Below are positions 1 through 12,711 of a stretch of 56,756 bases of DNA, piece by piece. The position numbers and the translations under genes were made by a program. Source of the DNA: Prorocentrum cordatum (lineage: Eukaryota); contig CAUYUJ010000068.1 in assembly GCA_963575745.1 (NCBI GenBank), positions 62,001-118,756 of the forward strand, read 5' to 3'. Under the pieces are notes generated by a model. It made no database searches. It was not told the DNA's origin and worked only from the letters and a program-made list of their open reading frames with translations. Within the stretch, counting starts at the first letter, position 1, and the number at the start of each line of letters is the position of its first letter.

Positions 1-685
1 ACAATGCCGCTCGCTGTGTTCGCGGTTCACGTGGTATCCTCGGGCCAAGCCCTCCCCCTCGCGTTCAGTCTGTCGGTTTCCCAGGGTATGGGTCCGCTCT
101 GTTAGTTGCGAGGTCCTGTCTACCACCATGTTGGTCACGCAGTCCGCGTCATGCTTTCTGGGCTCGTCAGGGACCTGGCCTAACCCCTCGCCACGCTGGG
201 GCAGAGAGCGGTCGAACCCCTCCCCGCGCTGGGGTCGGTGGCGTAACCCCTCGCTGCGCTGGGGGTTGCTGCGGTCTAACCCCTCACCGCGCTGGGGATC
301 GCCTTGCCCCGCGCTGTCACTGTGCTGGGGTCAGGTACGGTCTAACCCCTCACCGTGCTGGGGGACATAGTTGTCATACTCGTCATACAGCTCTAGCTCG
401 ATGTAGTCGCCAGTCGGTGCCCGTGGCAACCTGCTCGAGCTCGCTGCCAATCCATAGCTGCGGCCTAACCCCTCGCCGCGCTGGGGGAGAAAGTGGCCTA
501 ACCCCTCGCCGCGCTGAGGATCGCTGCTGCTGCGGTCTAACCCCTCACCGCGCGGGGGAAGCCCGCGTCTCGCACTGTCCCCATCGTCGATGCTACTGCC
601 CACTGGCTCGGGCGAGGTCCCCCGACTATGCCTCTCGCTGCGTTCGCGGTTCACGTGGTATCCGCGGGCCAAGCCCTCCCCCCAG
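1..685 (-). pseudogene. Fragment of a repeat-containing protein (PQRGEGL[DG]R repeats, 624-bp higher-order repeat) with one in-frame stop
   Basis: The motif AACCCCTC recurs at 182, 215, 245, 278, 344, 467, 500 and 539, and every spacing is a multiple of 3. Positions 4-58 repeat at 628-682 (offset 624 = 208 codons). The minus frame is open apart from TGA at 331-333. Confidence 0.55.
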
Positions 686-873
686 GGGAGGAGGAGGAGG
701 AGGAGGAGGGGGGGGAGGAGGAGGGGGAAGAGGAGGATGGGGCCCCCCTGCCGCCCCAGACCACCAGCGCCCTCCACCACTCGCAAGGTAGTTGCTCGCA
801 AATGGCCTGGATCCGCCGCGGAGGATTTGCGCTCCGCTCGGCGGCGAACGAGGGGGGCAATGAGAGGGAGAAG

Positions 874-999
874 GCCTCCTCAGAAGGCGACGGGACTTCT
901 CAGCAGCCCTCGCGCCTTCCGAGAAGTCTCCTGTGTCTTCGGGGAAGGCTTCGACAACTTCCCCGAAAGCTGGGGGGCTTCTGAGCCTTCTGAGAAGGC
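874..999. mobile_element. MITE-like element family A, copy 1
   Basis: Terminal inverted repeats (TIRs) GCCTCCTCAGAAGG / CCTTCTGAGAAGGC; homologous copy at 13136-13264. Confidence 0.55.
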
Positions 1000-1017
1000 A
1001 TTCCCTTACACCGAGGC

Positions 1018-1022
<5 letters not shown>

Positions 1023-1112
<90 letters not shown>
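1023..1112. repeat. Poly(T) run of about 90 nt
   Basis: Seen directly. Confidence 0.95.
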
Positions 1113-1114
<2 letters not shown>

Positions 1115-1419
1115 GTTTTTTCCGGATGTTTGCGAGCAGGCACTTTGCGAGCAATGGGGCGCGCTCGGTTGCGCCCCGCTGCCCCTCCGACCTGGGGGGC
1201 GCGGCGGAAAATCGCGACGGCCAGCTTTTCTGGGATCTCGGCCTCTGGGCACTGCATCCCGGCCCCGAGCCGGTCCTGGGGAGGGGGTCTCGAGATCCCC
1301 AGAGACCCGTCACAACATGAGTCTCGACGTCGGGGGAGAGGGCCATCTCCTCCCTGACGGGTGCGCGCGCGTGCATGTGCATGCGTGGGGGCGCCGCAAG
1401 GCTTGAGCGCGACGGCCTC

Positions 1420-1720
1420 GAGATGACCCCACGATGGCCCAAGAGTGCCCCAAGAGGAGCCCAAGCGGGCCGCAAGGCGGCCCCCAGAGCGCCCGGCAGC
1501 GCCTCAAGAGCGTCCCAAGAGGGATGGCCCGAAAAAAAGCCCCCTAAATATATTTGCCCGCCTCCGACCGCTTCCTTGTATTGTCGATGGTCCCCAACAT
1601 GGCCCCAAGAGGCCCCTGAAGGCCCCCAAGAGAAGCCGAGGAGAACCTGAAGAGGGTCCCAAACGAGTCCAGAAGGCTTCCGAGATGACCCCAAGAGCGC
1701 CCCAATAGGCCCCCCGAGGT
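1420..1720. repeat. Degenerate ~11-bp GGCCCCAAGAG-type tandem repeat
   Basis: Recurrent CCCAAGA units; same family at about 9300-9640. Confidence 0.7.
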
Positions 1721-4700
1721 CGTTAATTTTACCATTGTTGGCCTCACTGTCTCACCATATGCTCGCCTACGCCCCCCTCCAAGCAACTCCCATTGGCATC
1801 GTTTTCTGGATGGGCTGGTGGGGGCATTTTTTTGGTCACCGGCCATCAGACAAGGGTCAGGCGGCAAGGGCAACGTCCGGGCCACGAACGAGGCGCATTG
1901 GCTAGAACAGCGCCGGCCGGCCCACTCAGACGGTAGCTGCAAGCTGGGTGGGCTGCGCTGACTGGCGCACTGCAAACACGGGCACGTGAACTGGGCAAAA
2001 TGACCAGAGTTCAGGCGGCCGGGGCACAACCCGCACTAAGCCCGCGGGCGAGTCATTGTGCAAGGTGAAGACGAGATGGCCATTGGAGTGAGTCGCCACG
2101 TCGGCGCCAGGCTCCAAGCGGGCGACCTGCGTAAGCCAAGCCGGCTGAGCAGTCGTGAGCCGTGGTGCAACGCACAGGGGGGGCTGAAGGTGGGCCTGTA
2201 GGACTGTGCCTGTTGCGGAAGGCTGAACCACTCAGCGCACTAGCCAGCCCCAGTCAGACCACATCGCAATGTCGGGGGGGAACCGTGCGACTGTGAGCCC
2301 TCCAGCGCGAGCCGGCACGGCGAGGCCGCGGGATGCCGGGGAGCCCGCTGGCGTGGTGAGCATCGCCAGCGAAGAGGGAGAGATGGAGTGCACTGGAGTG
2401 GTGGTGCCGCAGGGCGAACCGGGCCCGATCAGGGGGTCTCCAAGAGCACAGGTTGACTCGTGCCTCACGGGGCACGTGGCGTTGGCACGGGCGAGGCGAT
2501 GTTGTCTCAAAGCGGTGTGCCAGGGGGGGGCTGCACAAGGAGTGACAGGATGGCCGTCAGACGCAGGTCCGGCCACGCCCGCCGCAGGAACATCCCACCC
2601 TGGCCACGGACCCGCCAACGAACGCCGCGAGCCCACCGGGGCCGCACTGGACCGCCGCAGGGGGGGGGAACCAGCCCCAAGCAGCGATGGGCGAGTGCGG
2701 CCCTGGGAGGGGAGGCACCGCCAACAGCCGACGGAACGTCGGTAGTCCCCGTGGCCAAGAGCGGGGGGCGCCCGCCTGGCACCCGCGGTGGGGGGCGGGG
2801 GGAAGGCCGCCTCTCACCTTGGTCAGGCCCCCACCCACGTGGGATAGGGGAAGTGCTTGGTCCAGGGGGTCGCAGCTGATCGCCGCTCAGGTCAGCGAGT
2901 GTTGGGCGGGTCCTTGCAGGTTGGTCATGGGGGTCGCAGCTGATCGCCGCTAGAGTCGACATTGCCAAACTATGACCTGGACAGGTCGACCCGCTGGTGC
3001 TCGGGGGGGGGTGTTCCCTCGGCCGACCGCCCGCCACCGGCGGGTGGGTGGCTGTCGTCGTCGGACAGCAAAGTGGGTGAGCCCGGGACCTGTCTGCCCT
3101 GCGGGCGGGCCCCCTGTCGTGTCAGGGGGGTGGGGGGTCGGGTGCAGGGGGGGGCCCCCCCCGCGCTGGGCCCGAAATGGAGGGTGGGTCCACTTGTTCA
3201 GCGTGGGCTGTCTAGCTACGCTGCGCCGTGGGTGAGATGCAGGGCAACTTGCGCCCCAGCGGAGGTTGCCCCTAGGCATTGCGGCCTGAGCCGGGCGCGG
3301 CGAAGTGAAACTGGCCCCTTAAGGGCAAGAAGAGCCGGTAGGGAGGGACAGGTTTCGTTGGCCAGGAGCGCCAGAGGTGCTGAGGCGGGTAGCCAGGCAC
3401 AGTCAGCCCTGGGTGTAGGAGTCGCCCCTTGCCCACCAGCGGGCGCGCTTGTCCGCGTACCGGTCACCCCCCCTAGGGGAGTGCCGCTTGCCCTTTCCCT
3501 TCCAATCTGTGTCCGTCCATGGGGCCTCATGCCGATCCCACGAGGTCCAGTCCTGCCAGCCTTGCCACTGGCTGGGGGTGGCTGTACCGATGGCTCCGGC
3601 CCAGCGGTCCTGTGTAGCTGCGGGAGCGGCCGCTCTGCCCTCGGCTGTCCATGCGGCGGGCCTGCTGTTGCTGTCGTAGTCGCGCTGAGCGTGTGCCCGG
3701 GAATCGTGGCGCATGATTTTCATGTGCTTGTCCCTGTCTGTTGCCCAGTTGACGTTGAGCCCGAGCTCGCTGTCCATCTTGTAAGCATCGTGCCCTGCGT
3801 CGCTCCAAGCCTCGAGGAATTCTGAGCACGTCTGGGCCGTGTTCAGTTCGGGGTTGCCCTTGTGGCCTCCCATGGGCCCCTGTCTCAGGGCAGCCCGCTT
3901 GACCCATGCGCCCCATATGCCAGTGAACGCTCCTCCCATCGTCTTTTGTAGGCGTATAATACTGTTCTGCACTGGCTCGTCCCTTTCCACGTCTGCAGTT
4001 GCTACGGTGCACGTGTACATGGGAACGCCCCCCATGGGGTCGTTCGGATTTTCGCGGCGTGGCTGTGCGATCCTGACGTCTCTCCAGGGCGCCCCGTGGA
4101 TCTCCGTTCGCGTTGGGTTGCCCCTTGGTGATTAGGAGGCACGTTCTTCCCCGTCCTTGGTGTCTTCTGACACAGGCCGGTGGCGTCCCTTGTCTCCTGC
4201 CGTGCGGCTGAGGGCGCGGTCGTCCCTGGCACCAGTGATGTCCCAGACTGAGCCGCTTGCCTTGGCGGAGCTGTCTCTCGCACTCCGAACCTCCCGGGTG
4301 GCAGCTCGATCGACGGTCTGCGAGTACGGGGTCCAGGCGTTGCTCCTTGGGGGCGAGTTCTTAAAGGCGTTTAGGGGGTCGAGGAGGTCCTCCTCGTCTG
4401 CTTCGTCCGCCACTGGTGTCGGGCTAGCAACCGGGCTCGTGTCCTTGGCTGTGTCTGACTCGCTCCTCGCGTCCTCGTCCCAGTCGGGGGCATCCGGTTC
4501 GCCCTCGGCCTTGCCTGCCTGGCTGGAAGGGCCGAGTCCTTCCGCTGGAGGGTCGTTGGCCCCATCGTCGCCTGGGGCATGGGGGTCTGCTCTGGAGGGG
4601 CAGCCTGGCGCAACATCCCGCTCTGGGCCGTGAATGTCTGCTGGGGGGTGTGTCTGCTGCCTCGCTTGCTCTGTTCAACCAGGATGCCGCTGGAGAGTCG

Positions 4701-6738
4701 GCTGCAGTTAAGCAGTCCGCTCCTGTCTCGAGTGGGTCTCGGTTGGCGAGCTCTCTGATGGTGCCGTCGGCGAGGGCAGTGGGATCCATCCCCATTAGGT
4801 ATGTCAATAGGGTGCTGAGCCGCTGGCGGAGCGGACACTGGCCCCGCTGTTCAGCTAGGTCGGCAGCATACCTGCGCCACCTGGCCTCGTACATCCCGCT
4901 GGCTCTCGTTAGGTGGTACGCTACTCGTGCCGCCGCGGCCCGCTGGCCATCCCATGGGATGCCAGAGGGGTGGCAGTTGTCGGGGATCGTCTCTCCGTTG
5001 ATTTTGACCAGGAACTGGCGAAGACACCCTGTGGGCCACGATCCTTCGGCGGTCTTATCGTCCGGTACTCCGTCGCCGTATTGCACCACGTACTCCATCC
5101 CTTGCCCGTAGATGGTGGGGTTCCACTCTAGCAGGTATTTGACCAAGGAGCGTATGGCACCGTCTGATTCCTTTCCTGTGAGCCTGGAGGTGGAGTGGGT
5201 TGGTAGGGCGGGCCCCCCTGGCGGGGAGATGTCGGGGAACAGGGATTTGATGTCCCGCGCGGCGTTTCCTGACCCGTTACTCCCCCCGGCTGTGCTGCCG
5301 TGGTCAGCGCTGTTGGGGGGGGGACGGCGCTCTGGCTGTGACGGGCTGCCTTGTGTACGCATCCTTGGCGGCAGCGTTGACACAGTCCGGGGTGAGGTAG
5401 ACGCTGATGTCGTGGCTCTCCGTCTGCACTTCTGTTGCTGCTGCCCGCTTGGCTGGTGCCGTGGGGCATACGCGGAAGGAGTGTTGGTCCAGTATGCGGT
5501 CGAGCGTGCCTGGGGCCACGTTCCAGATGTGGATGAGGCACCGTCTGCACGCCCAGCCGGCGTTCCACTGCTGTTGGGTCCAGAGGGTGGGCATGCGGTC
5601 CCAGGGAGGTAGCCCGGTCTCGGCGACGGTGGGTGCTTCGGGCTCTGGGCTCCACAAAAAGCAGCCTAGGGCTTGGCTGGTTACCGACCACTCCAGCATG
5701 GGTGATCCTGCCGGGCAGGTATCGCAGTTGGCAGAGTAGGTGTCCGTGCGGTGTGAGTCGAGCCCGAACCTTCCGTCAGACAGCTTGTGAGCTGGTAGAG
5801 TGGTGCCGATGGCCTGGGGCCTGTAGGCTGCGGGGGTTCTCATGACTAAGTCGCACAGGCTGGTGGGGGTCTGCGCCGTGTCGGAGCGGCCGTATCCAAT
5901 CGGAAATCGATGCAGGGACGGGAGTGTGCGTGACTTCTTCTTATAACGTGCCTCGTCCAATGTGCGCTTGTACGTCTGCAGACGCTGCAGAAGTGACTTC
6001 TTGTTGCCGCAATCGTATGTGGCGAGGGGGACCTCGATGCCTTTCTTTTCTAAGGACTTGACCCAGCACTGCTCGCAGAGCCACTTGCAGTTCTTGCTTT
6101 GCAAGTACGCCTGGGAGCGGTTTTGTGCGAGGAGTTCCCTTGTGTCGTCCTCCCAGGTGCCGGCCATGCCCCTGATCCCTGTCTTGGGACAGTCATCTGG
6201 TGGGGACACGCGAAGCGTCGATAATTTCGAAACACGTTCAACTCTGCGGCGGCAAAGAGGCGGCCACGCGCGCTGTGTCCGCTTCACGCAGAACGCCCGC
6301 ACTTACACGCAACAAAGAAGAGAAGTACGGAGCATGGATTCGCCTGCCTCCGAAGAGGCAGGTCGCACAAAACAATGAGAGCAACACGCAACGCGCAGTG
6401 GCCAGGGGACAAGAGTCCCCTTGAAACATGAAAGTGGTAATTACCGCATGATTTGGCTACGGGCGCGTCGATCCCAAACATCCTCCAACATGGTTTGTTC
6501 AATCCGCGGTCCCTTCCCTGGCGGGTGTTTCTGCGCCCCCGATCCGTCTTGACGGTCCTGGGGCCCGATAACAGGCCCCAGAGGCCGAAATAAAGCAAAC
6601 ATGCTCAGACTGAGAGCATCGTCGAAGGTCTGGGACTCTTGTGAGAAGGTGGGATCCGTCGCACACCCGCGCGACTTAATCCATGTTGGAGTTTCCTCGA
6701 CGAGGGTCTCCAAGACTGCTCCAGAGCCAAAACAAGCT
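1721..6738 (-). mobile_element. Putative decayed retroelement or retrocopy (ORF1/gag-like region, 3'-truncated)
   Basis: About 5 kb of non-repetitive, apparently intronless coding-like DNA read as successive frameshifted minus ORFs (6302-5304, 5383-4424, 4413-4132, 4035-3403). It has Cys pairs (CEQC, CDTC, CRRC) and a WQGWQDW...KGKGK low-complexity segment like that in ORF1 of the LINE at 32.8 kb. It begins with an SL-like motif. No RT or endonuclease motif was found. Confidence 0.45.
6721..6738 (-). other. Degenerate dinoflagellate spliced-leader relic
   Basis: Minus strand AGCTTGTTTTGGCTCTGG versus SL core AGCCATTTTGGCTCAAG (exact TTTTGGCTC). It lies exactly at the boundary between unique sequence and microsatellite. 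Confidence 0.45.
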
Positions 6739-7025
<287 letters not shown>

Positions 7026-7699
7026 ACCCAGAAGGCCCCTGAGAGAGTCCGAAAATGCCCCGTGAAGAACCCCGAATAGGCATCGCGACCATGCGCTCCG
7101 GTACGGCCCCGTCGCGCTGCAGCCTGGGTACGCAGTCCCCCGAGAGCTAGTCTGGGGCCCAAGTCGTTACGTCACTGCTTTGTGCAGGGAGACTCTGAAT
7201 GTGGTGGTGATGACGATGACGGCGGTATGCGATGCGAGGCGATGGTGATGCTGCTGCGCTGCTGCTGCTGCTGCTGGTGATTCTGCTGCTGATGATGAAA
7301 AAGGCGATGGGGATGGCGATCATTTGCCCAACAAGCTTCACCTGCGAAACGGCGGGCCGCCGTGCGAAGCTGCGGATGCGGCCGAGACTCTCTCTGGGCT
7401 GGGCGCTGCTCGCAGGAGGCGCTGACGCAGGAGGACGGGCGCAGCACGGAAGATGGATGGCGGAGGGGAGGGGTGGAGGGGGCAGGGCGGAGGGAGGAGG
7501 TCGGGGTGGAGGAGGGAGGGAGGTGGAGGAGGAAGGGAAGGAGGAAGGAGACGGGAACGGGAAGGACGGGGGGGCGCGAAGTCGTCCGACCCAATCTGCC
7601 TGCTGGCCATCCGGGGGACCGCCGGGCGGGGCGGGGGTGGTTCGGTCCGCAGGCTCGGAGCACACATGAAGAAGCGAAGAAATGACACAAACATAACAC

Positions 7700-7836
7700 C
7701 TCGGAGGTCCGCGCGGATGTCTCGGATCGGCGCCGGACCCCCCGTCCCTGGCGCGCGGAGCGCAACTGGGGCGGCGCAGGAGGCGCCGCACTGGGGGGTC
7801 CAGCGCGGATCCGGGAAGTCTGCGCGGACCTCCGAG
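7700..7836. mobile_element. MITE-like element family B, copy 1
   Basis: 18-bp TIR CTCGGAGGTCCGCGCGGA with 17/18 match to the reverse complement of the right end; relatives at 40603-40738 and about 42046-42131. Confidence 0.65.
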
Positions 7837-9299
7837 CTTTTACGTGTCGTTCCTCGTTTCCCCACATGTGCTCCAGGCTGGGGCTCGGGCGCCTCGCCCC
7901 CGCCCCCCCCCCAAAAGGGATGGGTCCCAGGGCTCCTGTGCGTCGCCCCCCAGGCGTGATGCAGAGGGAAGCGGGTCAACGACGACGAGGACGAGGACGA
8001 CGAGGACGACGACGTGGACGACGATGGCGGCGACGAGAATGACGACGAACACGCAAGGACGACGACGACGACGTCGATGGTGACGACGACCACGACGACG
8101 ACCACGCAAGGACGACGACGACCACGACGACGGCGACGGCGACGACGACTACGACGACGAGGACGACCACGACGACAACGGCCAAGAAGGCGACGACGAA
8201 CACGACCACGACCACGACGACGACAACGACGAGGACGGCGGCGACGACGCCAGAGGTGGTCGTCCTCGTCTCTGGACCTCTCCTGGAAGCCAAGGCCCCC
8301 TGCGATGCAAGGTTGCCTTGCTCTCCCGCACACTGGTGTAATCACAGACCAATACCACACCCAGGAGGGGCACCACATGCATGCATACACATGCACACAG
8401 GCACGCACGCGCACCTCCCACCACTAGACCGCACAACACCGCAAGGGACTGCACCATTCCTGTGGGAGGGGGTGGGGGGCCCTGGACACTGGGCTATGTA
8501 TCTGTATATATATATATGTATATATATGTATCAGAGTGAAGGGGCCGAACGGTCATTCATTGTCCCTGGGTGCGTGGCTCTAGTGGGGATCCGTGGTGAA
8601 GATTCTGTTTGTTGCGTTGTTGTTGAACACTATTACTTCTAAAGAATTATTATTGTTGGACCCCCTGGTGCACGCCCCCCGCCCAAAACCTAGGCCGCAG
8701 CTACATTTTCATCATTTTTCTGCGAAAGCTTCAGAAAAGTGGATTACCCCCGGATCCGGTTTTTTGTTGACGCTCGTTTTCCCTTGCAAAAAACAATAGA
8801 AAATGAAAATTCTTGTTCTTAGTTGATCAAATTTCAAGAATCCCTTGCAAAAAATAAGGTAAAGTGGACATTCGCGCTCGCAAGACGAAATCCTTCCAAA
8901 ACCTTAGGTTTCGTAGCGATTTTAACATAAAAACATCAAAAACCCAATGGTTTTTTAAGAAAAAATTGTCAAAATGTCCTTCCGCGCGCTCTTGCGGATT
9001 CATAGGAAACACACCACTTTTTAAACATTTCTGTCAAAAGGGTCTTTGCGTGCTACTTCTTCAGGTGCTTTGAACTTCTCCAACAACGGTTGCGCGCCTG
9101 CGAGGGCCACCATCCCTTGCAAAAAATGAGACGAAGTGCACATGCGCGCGGCCGCCGCGCGCGCATGTCGAAATCCTGCCAAACACAATGGGTTTTCAAT
9201 AATTTCAAGATGCGATGTTCAGAAAACATATGAAAACGCACTACTTTCTCATCCGAAAAATCTCGAAATCCATTCGCGGTCTCTTGATGAATCTTTAAA

Positions 9300-9640
9300 A
9301 CCCAAGATGGCCCCAACAGGCGCGCAAGATGGCCCCAAGAGGCGTCCATGAGGCCCAAAGAGGCGCCCAAGATGGTCCCAAGAGGCTTCAAGAGGACTCC
9401 AAGAGGCCCCCAAGAGGTTCCAGAGAGGCTCCAAGGTGGCTCCAAGAGACCCCCAAGATGGCCCCAGGAGGCGTTCTAGAGGCCCCAAGAGTCCGCCGTG
9501 AGGGTCCAATAAGCCCCCAAGAGGCCCCAAGATGGTTCCAAGGAGCCCCCCAAAGGCTCTCAAGTGGACCCCAAACCGCGCCAGGAGGCTTCCCCCCTTC
9601 CCCAAGAGGACCCCAAGCGGCCCCAGGAAGGCCCCCGACT
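9300..9640. repeat. Degenerate ~11-bp GGCCCCAAGAG-type tandem repeat
   Basis: Same family as 1420-1720. Confidence 0.7.
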
Positions 9641-9653
9641 GCTGACGCACATA

Positions 9654-9675
9654 TCCGTAGCCATCTCGGATCAAG
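9654..9675 (+). other. Dinoflagellate spliced-leader copy (relic or SL-RNA pseudogene exon)
   Basis: TCCGTAGCCATCTCGGATCAAG matches DCCGTAGCCATTTTGGCTCAAG at 19/22 without gaps. It is followed by GT, and by an ATG at 9698. Confidence 0.8.
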
Positions 9676-10547
9676 GTATCGCCTGTGTTTTTGGATCATG
9701 GCTTTGACGGCGAAAGACCTTCACGAGCAGTATGGCCCTGAGCTGTCGCGGCCTCCCTTGGCCGACTGCGACAGTGCGAGAGGTTGAGTATACCCCTACG
9801 TGTGACTGGACCTGTTTGCGAAAGCAGGAGAAAGTATGGCACCCCTTTGTGTCCAGAGCCGCGCCGTCTGCGTTCTTCCTTTCTCGCTTCTCTCCTTTCC
9901 TCCTTGTCCTGCTCCTCCTCCCCCTCTTCCGCCTTGGAGCCGTATTGGAACTGTCGATGGCCATCTCCCTTTCTCCCTCGCATGTCTGCTTGTACATACG
10001 TATAATTTCAGAACTTACCGTGCATGCGATCGTTTACAACATGGTGGACCGTGCGTATGTCACGAACCTTGTATACATGTGTTTCTCTCCCTCCGTCTGG
10101 CTGTGCACGCGCGCGTTGGGCACTGAGAGTTAGGATCATAGCGCCATGAGTCTATGAGCAATGCATGCGTCATCCTTGGGACTGTATAACATCAGTGTAA
10201 CACATGTACTTCTGTAATCGCATCCCCACGAATTTGCCCCAAAAATGTGACCAACTATCTTGGCACTGCGTACCATCTCACGTGTACCGTGTACCACATC
10301 ATATGTAACAGATGTGATCAACCTCTGTGGGTGTGTACCCCACGCCAGTGTAGTAGCCAGGGTCGTCCGCACGCCACGAAGTGAAGTGTCCCAACGTCAT
10401 AGGGCGGGAAGCTGGGTGTGGGTGGTCTCGAAGAGTCGTTTGGATATTTGGTAGAGCTTGAACGGCCCCCCCACGAAGTGGGGGTATTGGCTGGTGTCGC
10501 AAGAAAACCCTGGCACTGGGGAGAACACTGAGCGTTCGGGTAAAATG

Positions 10548-10599
<52 letters not shown>

Positions 10600-10609
10600 G
10601 TTGTGGTCG

Positions 10610-11020
10610 TCCCCCCTGCGACCCACCCCGCGACCCACCCGCGACCTGGCCCGCGACCCACCCCGCGACCCACCCCGTGACCCACTCCGCGACCCACCCC
10701 GTGACCCATTTCGCGACCCTCCCGGCGACCCACCCGCGACCCACCTGCGACCCACCCCGTGACCCGCCCGCGACCCACCCGCGACCCACCCTGCGACCCG
10801 CCCCGTGACCCACCCCGTGACCCACCCCTCGACCCACCCCGCGACCCATCCGCGACCCTCCCGGCGACCCACTCCGCGACCCACCCGGGACCCACCCGCG
10901 ACTCACCCCGCGACCCACCCGCGACCCACCCGCGACCCACCCACGACCCATCCGCGATTCACCCGCGACCCGGCCCGCGACCCACCCGCGACCCGGCCCG
11001 CGACCCACCCCGCGATCCAC
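10610..11020. repeat. Degenerate ~12-bp CCCGCGACCCAC minisatellite
   Basis: Seen directly. Confidence 0.9.
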
Positions 11021-11862
11021 CCACAATGCTCTAACGAAAAAAATCATATATACAGTTGCATGCTCACCGTTATACACAAGTGGCACGTACGTGACCAGGA
11101 TCATACAACACACACATGCAGAGTGTGTGTGTGTGTTTGGTGTGTAAGGTTTATATTATGTGTGCTGTGTTGTGTGCGTACGTTGTGTTGTGCGCTGTGT
11201 GCGATTTATGTGTGGGTCATGTGTTTTCTGCGTGTTTTGTGTGCCAGGCCTGTTCTGTGTGTGCGTTCTCGTTGTGTGTTGCTTGTGCTGGGTGTTTTGT
11301 GTGATGTGAATATGTGTGTGTTTTGTGTTTGTGTGTCTCATGTGTGTGCTGTGCGTTTTGCAGGTGTTGTGTGTGTTCTGTGTTTGTGTTGTGTGTGTGT
11401 GTGTGTGCTTGGTGCGATGTGTGTGTGTGTGTGTTCTGTGTGTTCTCTGTGTATGCTGTACGCCGTGGCTCGACTTGGGAGGACGCCTCGGGCGAAACTG
11501 CCTCTTTCTAAGACTCACGTTGAGAAGGGGCTCGATGTTGTGAGACAGTCTCACGTGAAACTGAAAGTTTTGAATAATCGGGCTCAAACCCATTGAATTC
11601 CTTTGTGGTCTTGAACTTGAAGGCTTTATGCTAAGCTTGTTGAAGAAGCCTGTGCTTGTGGACCGTGACGTCGCGATCTGCGTGAGAGGTGCGTCCGATA
11701 TTCCGAATGCTGATGATGTCCCGAGCGAAACGGCAAACACATATGCGGCTTCATTGAATCGCTTCTGAGCTCTACTCCTTCGGAGAGGTGCCTATTATAC
11801 CATGAACATATACAGAGTGAGAGAGCGAGAGAGAGAGAGAGAGAGAGAGAAATACAAGACAG

Positions 11863-11914
<52 letters not shown>

Positions 11915-11917
11915 AAC

Positions 11918-11968
<51 letters not shown>

Positions 11969-12711
11969 AAAAAAAAAGGGAGAGGCAGACACAGAGAGGG
12001 AGACAGAGGCATAATGAGGTAGTGGGACAGCAGGAGGGCTCCCGTTCGAAAGGCCCCTGCGGCGCCCCCTCTCGAGGGGTGACGCTTTTCGGGGGGGGGG
12101 GGGGGGACCAGCTCGTGCAGGGGACGCGGGGGGTGGCCGCCACGGGCAGAGGGAGAGAGGGCGAGCGCGCCGCGCACCCAGGCAGAGGGACCCGAAGACC
12201 ACCCGGGGCAGGTGTTTTTTTTTTTTTTTTTTTGTTTGTTTTTTTTGTTGTGTGTGTGTGTGTGTGGGGGGGGGGCAGCTGGGAGCGGCAGGCAGCGAGG
12301 GGGGAGCGAGAGAGAGAGAGAGAGAGAGAGAGAGCAAAAGAGAGAGCACGAGAGAGAGAGAGAGAACGAGAGAGAGAACGAGAGAGAGCACGAGAGATAG
12401 AGAGAGAGAGAGAGAGAGAGCGAGAGCGAGAGAGCGCGAGAGGAGAGCGATGGGGGCATCGAGAGGAGAGGGAAAGGAGAGAGAAAGGCGAGAGGGAGGG
12501 GGAGAGGGAGGGCGAGACGCCGCCCGCGCGCCTGCCCGCCGCCGCAGCGCCGCGCCCGCCCCCCCCCCGCCCGCCCGCCTATGCTCGCCGCGCCCCCGCC
12601 CGCGGCCGGGGCGGCGCGGGGCGGCGCGCGGGCCGGCGGGCCTAGCGCAGGCTCACGGAGCCCACGAAGGGCACCTCTGGAGCAGGGCGCGCGGCGGCAC
12701 CACCGGGGCTG

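Noticed and set aside
175..560. CRISPR-like or telomeric (TAACCC) array
   Set aside because: Spacers are mostly only 6-15 nt and always preserve frame. TAACCC occurs singly as part of GEGL codons, and no cas genes are present.
10200..10420. Possible decayed APE endonuclease fragment (GYYTGVGYTPTEVDHI, minus strand)
   Set aside because: Only one weak motif amid many stops; cannot be supported without a profile search.
11690..11735. Hammerhead-like core GTC...CTGATGA...GAAAC
   Set aside because: Core nucleotides are in type III order, but stems I and II do not pair and stem III has only 3 bp.
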